49,320 nt of DNA from a virus, in IMG/VR virus record IMGVR_UViG_3300021066_000003; one strand, 5' to 3'. The notes under the pieces were generated by a model. The model saw nothing but the letters and a program-made list of their open reading frames with translations, searched no databases and was not told the DNA's origin. Both the position numbers and the translations under genes were made by a program. Shown piece after piece: positions 41,048 to 47,792 of this stretch; the first letter of the stretch is position 1; each line of letters starts with the position of its first letter.

Positions 41048-41718
41048 CAGAGCGCGAAAGCGATAAGAAGGACGACGTTCTGAACCGCAAATACGGCAGC
41101 TTTGGGATTACCTGGCTGGATGCGGCAGTCGAGTTCGCCGAGGAGACCGTCGACAACGGGCCTACCACCGTCATCAGCGCCGAGTGCGCCGAGGCGGTCG
41201 CGCAAGTCATCCTCGCCCTTGTTGCCGAACGCAAGGCCCGATCTGCCATCGATGCCTGCCCTGGTGCGACCAACACGGTTTTCCAAGCCAAGGGCTGCCA
41301 ACATCCATCGGCTCGATCCTCCACACTGCCGCGCTGCTCGTGCGGCTTCCCGGAGAAGCCATGTAGCAGGACGCAGACGGATTGCGTGATGGTCGCCAAC
41401 CAAGCCGGCGACCTGACCGAGCACGTCCAGAACCTCACCAGCCCACACAACGCCTGCATGTTTCGCGTCGATTGCCTCGCGGCTGTTCGGGCGTTGGTCA
41501 GAGCGCAGCCGTCCGCAAGAGTACCAACCTGGGCTGAGGAGGAACTGAAGGACGGCGACCGTATCTGCGAAGCGGCCGGCGTGCGCCGCACCGAGGGCGG
41601 CAGGCTCCCTGTCGCCAAGATCATCAACAAGCTGCGCGGGCGTTGTGAGTGCGGCATCGCGGCGCAGGGGCAGTGCTGCTGCGGGAGCGCCCCGACAGAC
41701 GGAACGGCGAAGCCATGA
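41044..41718 (+). CDS. Cys-rich hypothetical protein (224 aa)
   Basis: ATGA overlap. It has multiple Cys clusters (…RCSCGFPEKPCSRTQTDC…, …RGRCECGIAAQGQCCCG…). Confidence 0.55.
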   Translation: MTERESDKKDDVLNRKYGSFGITWLDAAVEFAEETVDNGPTTVISAECAEAVAQVILALVAERKARSAIDACPGATNTVFQAKGCQHPSARSSTLPRCSCGFPEKPCSRTQTDCVMVANQAGDLTEHVQNLTSPHNACMFRVDCLAAVRALVRAQPSARVPTWAEEELKDGDRICEAAGVRRTEGGRLPVAKIINKLRGRCECGIAAQGQCCCGSAPTDGTAKP

Positions 41719-41927
41719 GCCCGAAGAAACGAGTCCTGAAGGCGTTTCCCGAGGCGTACTGCAAGCGCGGCGCATTCAGGTTCACCGTTTGGCCGAGGCC
41801 ACGTTGCAGCGTTCTGCGCGGAAATAGCCCGCTCGGCGGCGGATGGTCTGCGGCGGCAGCGTGGCAAGACGCCGCTCTGAATCGCCGCGTGATGCGCAAA
41901 GTAGGAGGTCGTGTCGATCATGGCTAA
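41715..41927 (+). CDS. Hypothetical protein (70 aa)
   Basis: ATGA overlap. Sequence is MSPKKRVLKAFPEAYCKRGAFRFTVWPRPRCSVLRGNSPLG... Confidence 0.45.
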   Translation: MSPKKRVLKAFPEAYCKRGAFRFTVWPRPRCSVLRGNSPLGGGWSAAAAWQDAALNRRVMRKVGGRVDHG

Positions 41928-42252
41928 GAGGAAGAAGATCGTTCCACCGACTGATGCCGAGATCAAAGCGGAGATCAAAGCGTTGCGGGAGCTACAGCCG
42001 CACGTCCGCAGGACGAATGCCTTCGGGGACGACAACCAGGAGGCCATCGGCGCGCAAATCTACGTCCTTGAGCAGCGCATGGACAACGACGAGCTTTACG
42101 ACCGTTACGAACCGCGTGACGACAACCGCGAGGATACGAGCGAGCACAAGCTGGAGCACGCTCTGGACGCCCACCGTTGGATGACTGGCGAGGGCGATGG
42201 CGAGAAACCTTCTGACGGATGGCGCACGCTGGATCAGCGCCACCGTAGATAG
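41920..42252 (+). CDS. Hypothetical acidic protein (110 aa)
   Basis: AGGAGG lies 11 nt upstream of ATG 41920. Sequence is MAKRKKIVPPTDAEIKAEIKALRELQPHVRRTNAFGDDNQEAIGAQIYVLEQRMD... Confidence 0.6.
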   Translation: MAKRKKIVPPTDAEIKAEIKALRELQPHVRRTNAFGDDNQEAIGAQIYVLEQRMDNDELYDRYEPRDDNREDTSEHKLEHALDAHRWMTGEGDGEKPSDGWRTLDQRHRR

Positions 42253-42267
42253 AACGGCGACGCCCAA

Positions 42268-42468
42268 GTGATCGAGCGCATGACCTACACGCAGTTAAAG
42301 GAGTACAGGACAAGGCTTTCCGGTCGCTTGGAATGGGCGAAGGACAACAAGCTTTGGGCGCACGCTGAAGATGCCTTGAGCGAACTGGACCGCGTGAACA
42401 TGGAAATCGGACGCCGCCCCGAATATAGCGGCACGAGTCATAACACTACGACGAAAGGGAGCAAATGA
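42268..42468 (+). CDS. Hypothetical protein (66 aa; alternative ATG at 42280)
   Basis: Track ORF. ...MTYTQLKEYRTRLSGRLEWAKDNKLWAHAEDALSELDRVNMEIG... Confidence 0.5.
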   Translation: MIERMTYTQLKEYRTRLSGRLEWAKDNKLWAHAEDALSELDRVNMEIGRRPEYSGTSHNTTTKGSK

Positions 42469-42839
42469 AGGTCTATCTGTGCGGCCCGATCAACGGGCGA
42501 TCCGACGACGACTGCAAGGGCTGGCGTGAGTACGCCAAGGAAAGGCTCCCCGACACCCTTGACCCGATGGACCGGGACTACCGTGGCCGCGAGCTGGAGC
42601 CGGGAATCGCGAAGGAGATTGTCGAGAACGACAAGCTAGACATCCAACAGTCGGACGCCTTGCTCGTCTTCTACGACAAGCCGAGCGTAGGAACCAGCAT
42701 GGAGGTCTACATGGCGCACGGCATGGGGAAGCGGATCGTTCTCGTGGACAAGTCCGGCAAGCCTCTTTCCCCGTGGCTGATGTACCACTCCCACGAAGTA
42801 CACAAGTCGCTGGACGAGGCCATTGCTAGTCTTGCTTGA
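42465..42839 (+). CDS. Nucleoside 2-deoxyribosyltransferase / DNPH1-like protein (124 aa)
   Basis: MKVYLCGPINGRSDDDCKGWREYAKE... and ...SDALLVFYDKPSVGTSMEVYMAHGMGKRIVLV (Gly-Thr-x-x-Glu then G-x-G-K) match the NDT-family layout. ATGA overlap upstream. Confidence 0.55.
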   Translation: MKVYLCGPINGRSDDDCKGWREYAKERLPDTLDPMDRDYRGRELEPGIAKEIVENDKLDIQQSDALLVFYDKPSVGTSMEVYMAHGMGKRIVLVDKSGKPLSPWLMYHSHEVHKSLDEAIASLA

Positions 42840-43428
42840 TACCAGCCACGACCTGAACACCTGCGCCGCAGAGCTTGGCTGCGAGGTGGGGACGTTGCTA
42901 ACCCCGCTGACTCGATACCGCCTGCGTGAGCCTGAGAGGCCGTGGGCTATCGACAACGGGGCGTTTGCTCGCTTCGAGGAGAAGGCGTTTCTGGCCCTCC
43001 TGGAGCGTGAGTCTCATCACAAGGAAAACTGCATCTTCGTCACCGTCCCTGACATCGTGGGGTCAGCCCGCAGGACGCTGGAGGTCTTCGAGCGGTGGAA
43101 GGGACGACTTCAGGGTTGGAAGCTCGCCCTCGCCATTCAGGACGGTCAGGGGGATCTGCCGATTCCGTGGGAAGAGATCGACGCGGTATTCATCGGCGGG
43201 TCCACGGAGTTCAAGCTATCCAAGGATGCAGCTGCCGTGGTCAAGGCCGCCAAGGTTTTAGGGAAGTGGGCGCACGTCGGAAGGGTCAACGATCCGTCCC
43301 GTTTTGAATACTTCGAGGAGATGGGGGCTGACTCCATCGACGGAACAGGTCTTTCCCGCTACAGCCACATGAGGAAAGCCATCAGCAAGCGAGACACCCA
43401 GGAGAAGCTCTTTGCTAGTCAGGCATAG
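42823..43428 (+). CDS. dpdA: Minimal TGT-fold, DpdA-like 7-deazaguanine DNA transglycosylase candidate (201 aa)
   Basis: AIDNGAF (compare tRNA-guanine transglycosylase DSGGFQ), VFIGGSTEFK, WAHVGRVN and MGADSIDGTG (compare TGT GVDMFD). Its neighbours are QueF-like and YhhQ-like genes. TTG start. Confidence 0.5.
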   Translation: MLVLLDTSHDLNTCAAELGCEVGTLLTPLTRYRLREPERPWAIDNGAFARFEEKAFLALLERESHHKENCIFVTVPDIVGSARRTLEVFERWKGRLQGWKLALAIQDGQGDLPIPWEEIDAVFIGGSTEFKLSKDAAAVVKAAKVLGKWAHVGRVNDPSRFEYFEEMGADSIDGTGLSRYSHMRKAISKRDTQEKLFASQA

Positions 43429-43657
43429 CCTCACCATCACCGCATCCTGCCCCGTGGACGGGAAGCCAGACCATTACGAGGCAGTTGTGGAATGCGTCCG
43501 CGTAGTCAAGGTGGAAGACATCCTCGCCGCCGTGCAGCAGTTGAGGGACCGCAAGGTATTTCAGGAAGAACTAACGCAGGAGCTTGCCCGCACGCTCGGC
43601 GCGAAGGTCACAACGACGGGCTACCACTCGGGAGTAAAAACCGTATGCGAATGCTGA
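43412..43657 (+). CDS. QueF-like T-fold protein lacking the NADPH motif (81 aa)
   Basis: SCPVDGKPDHYEAVV matches the QueF catalytic-Cys motif (CP-x-TGQPD). LRDRKVFQEE parallels QueF FRNHGDFHED. No E(S/L)K(S/A)hK(L/Y)(Y/F/W) signature is present. TTG start. Confidence 0.5.
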   Translation: MLVRHSLTITASCPVDGKPDHYEAVVECVRVVKVEDILAAVQQLRDRKVFQEELTQELARTLGAKVTTTGYHSGVKTVCEC

Positions 43658-44142
43658 TCGGCCTCTACATCGCCGCGATGGTGGCGGCAAACCTGCTCGT
43701 ATGGTGGCTCGGGCCTTGGGCCTCTCCGTTTATCGCCTTCTGCCTGATCGGTCTGGATCTGACCCTGCGGGACGTGATGCACGACAAGCTCACACGCTGG
43801 CAGATGCTCGCCGTGGTGCTGGCCGGCGGGGCGATTACCTGGGGCCTGAATCCGGCAGCTGCGAAGATCGCCATTGCCTCCGCTACCGCCTTTACGGCCT
43901 CCGCACTGGCCGACTGGCTGGCCTACTCGTACCTCCGTAACCGTCCGTGGCTCGTCAGGGCAAACGGGTCGAACGTCGTCGGGGCAGCGGTGGACAGCCT
44001 GATCTTTCCGACCCTCGCTTTCGGAGCCCTGCTGCCGCACATCGTCGCCATGCAGTTTGCTGCCAAGGTCGGTGGTGGGGCGATTTGGTCGATGGTGCTT
44101 CGGGGCTTCGTTCCTAGCACGGCGAATAAGGAGAACAAATGA
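43645..44142 (+). CDS. yhhQ: YhhQ/VUT-family queuosine-precursor transporter-like membrane protein (165 aa)
   Basis: It has multiple TM segments, and ...ANGSNVVGAAVDSLIFPTLAFG... is characteristic of YhhQ-type proteins. A GGGAG SD sits upstream. Confidence 0.6.
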   Translation: MRMLIGLYIAAMVAANLLVWWLGPWASPFIAFCLIGLDLTLRDVMHDKLTRWQMLAVVLAGGAITWGLNPAAAKIAIASATAFTASALADWLAYSYLRNRPWLVRANGSNVVGAAVDSLIFPTLAFGALLPHIVAMQFAAKVGGGAIWSMVLRGFVPSTANKENK

Positions 44143-44351
44143 GCACCAAGACAATCCTCAACGATTTCTACGAGCGCGAAAGCTTCATGTACGAAAACGG
44201 CTGGCGCAGCTACGAGAACGGCGTTCGAGACGGCGAAGTTCGAGTAATCAACGGAATCTTGTCTCGCTCGTGGAATATTCGCCGCCGCACTTGGCCGATG
44301 AAAGACGCGGTTATGTGGATTCCGGTCAAGAGAGAGGAAATCGAGCCATGA
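44139..44351 (+). CDS. Hypothetical protein (70 aa)
   Basis: ATGA overlap. Sequence is MSTKTILNDFYERESFMYENGWRSYENGVRDGEVRVINGILS... Confidence 0.6.
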   Translation: MSTKTILNDFYERESFMYENGWRSYENGVRDGEVRVINGILSRSWNIRRRTWPMKDAVMWIPVKREEIEP

Positions 44352-44379
44352 ACAGCTCTACTCCAAACGGAGGCGCTAA

Positions 44380-44607
44380 GTGACCTACGAAGAAATGCGC
44401 ATGCGCTGCAATCGGATCATCGGCCTGTCACCGGATGCGCCGGAAGCGCCTATCGACTGCGTGAAGCTGCTAGGCCAGTACTACAACGACAGCGGACGGG
44501 CTATTGCCGCCGAGATGCTAGCGCGTGAGCTGGCCGAGTTCATCCATCTTCACCGCCCCTATCTCGAAAAGATCGGCACTCCTTCCACTAGGACGGCGGA
44601 TAAATGA
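44380..44607 (+). CDS. Hypothetical protein (75 aa)
   Basis: GTG start 7 nt after GGAGG. Track ORF. Confidence 0.55.
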   Translation: MTYEEMRMRCNRIIGLSPDAPEAPIDCVKLLGQYYNDSGRAIAAEMLARELAEFIHLHRPYLEKIGTPSTRTADK

Positions 44608-44739
44608 ACAATGGGGCCGGACTACAGTTATCTGTATCGACGGTATCTGCCATCCGCATTGAATCGTTGGGTTTAGCCAACGAAGTCAGGCAGACGCGCC
44701 CCACCAAACATTCGCTTTTCGACATACACGGCGGAACTC

Positions 44740-45003
44740 ATGGCTAACCCATATCAGAAGGTCGCAGACAACATCATCAAAGAGCTTCAGGTGTTGCAAA
44801 AGGATGCCGAGCGTTACCGCTTCCTGCGCAGCCTGTACGAAGAGGGGGCGGTTGTGACGAAGCGCGGTACGGAGCGATTCTGGACGACGATCCGCAGCTT
44901 TGACTGCGGTATTAACGATGAGCCAACTATTCCGTTCGATACCTGCGTGGATTCCGCCATGCTCACTTCGCGCCACGATGGAGATAACGGTGAATCTCGC
45001 TGA
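44740..45003 (+). CDS. Hypothetical protein (87 aa)
   Basis: Track ORF following a 132-bp gap. Sequence is MANPYQKVADNIIKELQVLQKDAERYRFLRSLYEEG... Confidence 0.6.
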   Translation: MANPYQKVADNIIKELQVLQKDAERYRFLRSLYEEGAVVTKRGTERFWTTIRSFDCGINDEPTIPFDTCVDSAMLTSRHDGDNGESR

Positions 45004-45178
45004 CGAGATCGAGAAGCGGGTCAAGGCACTCGACCAAGCGCCAGACGCTAGCGCTGGAGGGATACTCCTGCCGTGGCGGCAACGTGCCATGGCGGAGCTA
45101 GAAGCCTTCCTCGTGGAGCATGCGCTGGATATCGTTCGTGCGCTACGTGATGCGCCACCACCTCAACAGGACCGATGA
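44978..45178 (+). CDS. Hypothetical protein (66 aa)
   Basis: ATG 44978 is in the frame of track ORF 44900..45178. Sequence is MEITVNLADEIEKRVKALDQ... Confidence 0.45.
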   Translation: MEITVNLADEIEKRVKALDQAPDASAGGILLPWRQRAMAELEAFLVEHALDIVRALRDAPPPQQDR

Positions 45179-45288
45179 TGGAATGGATCATTGCCGTGGT
45201 CATTGGAGCAGTGGTGATCCCGGTGCTACTCGGGATGTGGCTTGACGAACGACGTAAGCGGCCCGACGCCGCATCGAACCGCGAATGA
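45175..45288 (+). CDS. Single-TM mini-protein (37 aa)
   Basis: ATGA overlaps at both ends. Sequence is MMEWIIAVVIGAVVIPVLLGMWLDERRKRPDAASNRE. Confidence 0.4.
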   Translation: MMEWIIAVVIGAVVIPVLLGMWLDERRKRPDAASNRE

Positions 45289-45491
45289 CCCGTGACGTTG
45301 TACACCTGCCGCACCTTCAGGAAGTTCTGGCCGTGATCGACGAATGCCAGACCGTCCGGGCTGTCGCCACGCGAACAGGCAGGTCATACCACCGCGCGTT
45401 GCTTGACGTTAAAGCCCTAGCGCTGCTTGGCCTAGTAGAGCAATACGAGCCTGATCGTGGATGCATTTCAGCCAAGTGGAGACGTAAATGA
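45285..45491 (+). CDS. Small putative winged-helix DNA-binding protein (68 aa)
   Basis: ...LAVIDECQTVRAVATRTGRSYHRALLDVKALALLGLVEQYE... Confidence 0.45.
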   Translation: MTRDVVHLPHLQEVLAVIDECQTVRAVATRTGRSYHRALLDVKALALLGLVEQYEPDRGCISAKWRRK

Positions 45492-45631
45492 GCGTGAATG
45501 CTCTGGATAGTGGCGCTAAGAAGACCAAGCGCAGGAAACGGCCAGCACGCCAAGCGCCCGTAGAGACCACGCGGCTACTTGCCGAGCAGCAAATCATTCA
45601 GGCCATGAGAAGGCGGCAGCGGCGCAAATGA
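45488..45631 (+). CDS. Highly basic mini-protein (47 aa)
   Basis: ATGA overlaps. Sequence is MSVNALDSGAKKTKRRKRPARQAPVETTRLLAEQQIIQAMRRRQRRK. Confidence 0.4.
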   Translation: MSVNALDSGAKKTKRRKRPARQAPVETTRLLAEQQIIQAMRRRQRRK

Positions 45632-45807
45632 TCGACCTAGACGAACTGCGACACCCTCTCTGCTTCCTGCGTGGTTTCTGGTGGACGATTCGCTACGGCG
45701 CATCCATCAGCGGGCACGACTTTCAGGAGGTGCCAAGCGCCGATCCAAAGGCTCAGGTGCTTGAGTGCAAAACGTGCGGGTACGAGAGCAAGGGCTATTA
45801 CCCATGA
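45628..45807 (+). CDS. Hypothetical mini-protein (59 aa)
   Basis: ATGA overlaps. Sequence is MIDLDELRHPLCFLRGFWWTIRYGASISGHDFQEVPSADPKAQVLECKTCGYESKGYYP. Confidence 0.45.
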   Translation: MIDLDELRHPLCFLRGFWWTIRYGASISGHDFQEVPSADPKAQVLECKTCGYESKGYYP

Positions 45808-46031
45808 TCAACCGTTCCCTGAAAAAAGCGAAGGTTAAGCGCGGGGACAATGTTGTTTGGGGCCTTCGCAAGGTGGGGGCTTACCCAAACGGCCACGTCT
45901 CCTGCGACCTAAACGGCGATCTAGTTCTTTGGGTGGAGCCTGGGGATGGTCACTCCTATGGCATCAAGTTGCCCCGAAAGCTGGCTCGTCTTATGGCGAA
46001 GCGGATTGAACAGTGCCTATCCGAAACATGA
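45804..46031 (+). CDS. Hypothetical protein (75 aa), last gene of the rightward early operon
   Basis: ATGA overlap. Sequence is MINRSLKKAKVKRGDNVVWGLRKVGAYPNGHVSCDLNGDLVLWVEPGDGHSYGIKLPRKLARLMAKRIEQCLSET. Confidence 0.55.
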   Translation: MINRSLKKAKVKRGDNVVWGLRKVGAYPNGHVSCDLNGDLVLWVEPGDGHSYGIKLPRKLARLMAKRIEQCLSET

Positions 46032-46062
46032 TCCGCCGTGTCGGACAGCGTGCCCATCTCGG

Positions 46063-46218
46063 CTACTGCGCAGGCGTCCTTGCGAAAACGTTAGCCGCCT
46101 GCCACGCGAGATTTGCAAATCCAGAAAGTTCCGCAGGCCCAGGCTGTCGCCCGCTGTTTGCGATGTATCCCTGGATCAGGGCTGCGTATATCTGCTGCGC
46201 GTGTGTTTTCACGTCCAT
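46063..46218 (-). CDS. Isolated antisense-oriented mini-ORF with a near-perfect RBS (51 aa), not in the ORF track
   Basis: AAGGAGGAAAC-ATG on the minus strand. Sequence is MDVKTHAQQIYAALIQGYIANSGRQPGPAELSGFANLAWQAANVFARTPAQ. Confidence 0.45.
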   Translation of the reverse strand: MDVKTHAQQIYAALIQGYIANSGRQPGPAELSGFANLAWQAANVFARTPAQ

Positions 46219-46251
46219 GTTTCCTCCTTGCGGAACGGCCAGCCTAGCACG

Positions 46252-46437
46252 ATGAGCGAGTTTCTCACCGAGGAGGATCTTCGCCGGCTGACGGGATACG
46301 TCCGCCGTGCGAAGCAGGAGGAGGAACTGCGCCGACAGAGCATTCCCTACCGCAAGAATGCCCGCGGTGAGCTCGTCGTGAGTCGTAACCTGGTCGAAAA
46401 GCCACTACCGGAATTTGAGCTCGGACCTGTACGATAG
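46252..46437 (+). CDS. DUF4224-type small protein, excisionase/recombination-directionality candidate (61 aa)
   Basis: MSEFLTEEDLRRLTGYVRRAKQEEELRRQSIPYRKNARGELVVSR. It lies immediately upstream of the integrase. Confidence 0.55.
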   Translation: MSEFLTEEDLRRLTGYVRRAKQEEELRRQSIPYRKNARGELVVSRNLVEKPLPEFELGPVR

Positions 46438-46441
46438 CGGC

Positions 46442-47425
46442 ATGGGGAGGCCGAAGGGCCGATTCCCGGACTTACCGCCCCACATGACGGGCCGGGTTTC
46501 CGGGCAGAAGGTCTACTACTACCACCAGGCGGCGGGGAAGAAGACGCCGCTGGGGAGCGACAAAGCCGAGGCATTGCGCCGCTGGGCCGTGCTCGAAGCC
46601 GGGTCTATCGGTTCCGGCTTCATCCCCGTATCGGACGCCTACGAGAAGTACGTCAACGAGCAGCCGTTCTCCCTTAGCTCGAAGCGCCACTACGAGATCG
46701 CCCTGCGCAACCTGCGGCAAGCCTTCGGGAAGGGGCGCCTGGAGCAGATCGAGCCCAAGCACGTGAAGCAGTACATCCGGCGCCGCAGCAAGAAAGGGGC
46801 GGCGATCTTCGAGAAGCGGATCCTTTCGGCGATGTGGAATTGGGCGCGTGAGGAAGGCCTGACCACAGCCCTGAATCCGTGCGCCGGCATCAAGTTCAGT
46901 CAGGCCGAGAAGAAGGTCATAGGGAAACTCGGTAAGCGCGATCGGTACGTCACAGACGCCGAGTTCGAGGAAGTGCTGGCAAGGGCAGACCCAATCCTCC
47001 AAGACGCTATGGAGCTCGCCTACCTCACCGGCCAGCGTCCCGGGGATCTGCTCAAGATGACACGCCAGGACATGCGGGAAGGCACGTTGCTGATCGTCCA
47101 GGAGAAGACCGGCGCCAAGGTCCCCATCCTTATCCAGCGCCGCCTGAAGACCGTTCTGGAACGCGCCCTAGCCCGTCCGAGGCGCATCAAGAGCATCTAT
47201 GTCATCGCCACCGAGAACGGCCAGCGGCTCACCTATGCCCAGCTAAACGCAAGATTCCGGGCAGCCCGCGGCGATGCAGACTGGCAGTTCCGCGACATCC
47301 GGGCGAAGACGGCGTCGGATCTCCCCGATATCCGCCGAGCACAGCAGCTGCTCGGGCACACGAAGGAAACCACCACCACGATCTACCGCCGCTCTAAGGG
47401 CACGCCAATCGCCCCGCACGAGTAG
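46442..47425 (+). CDS. int: Tyrosine integrase (327 aa)
   Basis: AYLTGQRPGDLLKM (Arg), FRDIRAKTASD (x-x-x-R) and LLGHTKETTTTIYRR (His...Tyr). It is followed by an AT-rich non-coding region. Confidence 0.8.
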   Translation: MGRPKGRFPDLPPHMTGRVSGQKVYYYHQAAGKKTPLGSDKAEALRRWAVLEAGSIGSGFIPVSDAYEKYVNEQPFSLSSKRHYEIALRNLRQAFGKGRLEQIEPKHVKQYIRRRSKKGAAIFEKRILSAMWNWAREEGLTTALNPCAGIKFSQAEKKVIGKLGKRDRYVTDAEFEEVLARADPILQDAMELAYLTGQRPGDLLKMTRQDMREGTLLIVQEKTGAKVPILIQRRLKTVLERALARPRRIKSIYVIATENGQRLTYAQLNARFRAARGDADWQFRDIRAKTASDLPDIRRAQQLLGHTKETTTTIYRRSKGTPIAPHE

Positions 47426-47591
47426 CCGCTTTTTAGAACCGTTCTAAATCAGCAGGCCATTTTCCTTGAATAATCAATGGCCCTCGGTAGCAAATGGTTA
47501 GTGCTGATTTTCTTCATTCTCAATCGTTTAAGGCAGATTTGGTTCTAAACAACCGCAGCGAACTGCGGGGCTACGAGCAGGAATTTAGAAC
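47426..47591. other. attP-like AT-rich non-coding region with four copies of TTTAGAAC
   Basis: TTTAGAAC at 47432-39 and 47584-91, and GTTCTAAA at 47441-48 and 47542-49. The first two form a 17-bp palindrome, TTTAGAAC-C-GTTCTAAA. The region sits between the converging 3' ends of int and the lysis operon. Confidence 0.5.
47553..47568 (-). terminator. Hairpin CCGCAG-ttcg-CTGCGG followed by TTGTTT (minus strand), a weak terminator candidate for the long leftward operon
   Basis: A 6-bp perfect stem 24 nt downstream of the last minus-strand stop (47592). Confidence 0.35.
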
Positions 47592-47792
47592 CTACTTCGG
47601 TTCGTAGCTGACGACCCGTTTCAGCCCTAGGGCGTTGAGAATCGAGATTGGCGGATGCTTCAAGGCGCCGGTAATCGCGCAGGATACCGTGCTTGGGTTG
47701 ATGTCGGCGTCCACCGAACGGCACCATGCAGCAATGCCGCCAGCGTCGCTCACCTTTTGCCTGAGCATGGCAATGACCTCTTCGTCGTTCAT
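47592..47792 (-). CDS. Second Cro/YdaS-like HTH protein (66 aa)
   Basis: ...DAGGIAAWCRSVDADINPSTVSCAITGALKHPPISILNALG... ATGA overlap with the endolysin stop. Confidence 0.5.
   Translation of the reverse strand: MNDEEVIAMLRQKVSDAGGIAAWCRSVDADINPSTVSCAITGALKHPPISILNALGLKRVVSYEPK

Noticed and set aside
41031-42047. 338-aa and 249-aa minus-strand ORFs in the small-gene array
   Set aside because: They are antisense to a chain of plus-strand ORFs linked by ATGA overlaps. Their translations are Ser/Ala/Arg-rich with no features.
44608-44739. 132-bp intergenic gap as a possible tRNA or sRNA gene
   Set aside because: I could find no cloverleaf-compatible stems, no T-loop GTTCGAATC-type motif and no strong hairpin. 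It is probably just an internal promoter or spacer.
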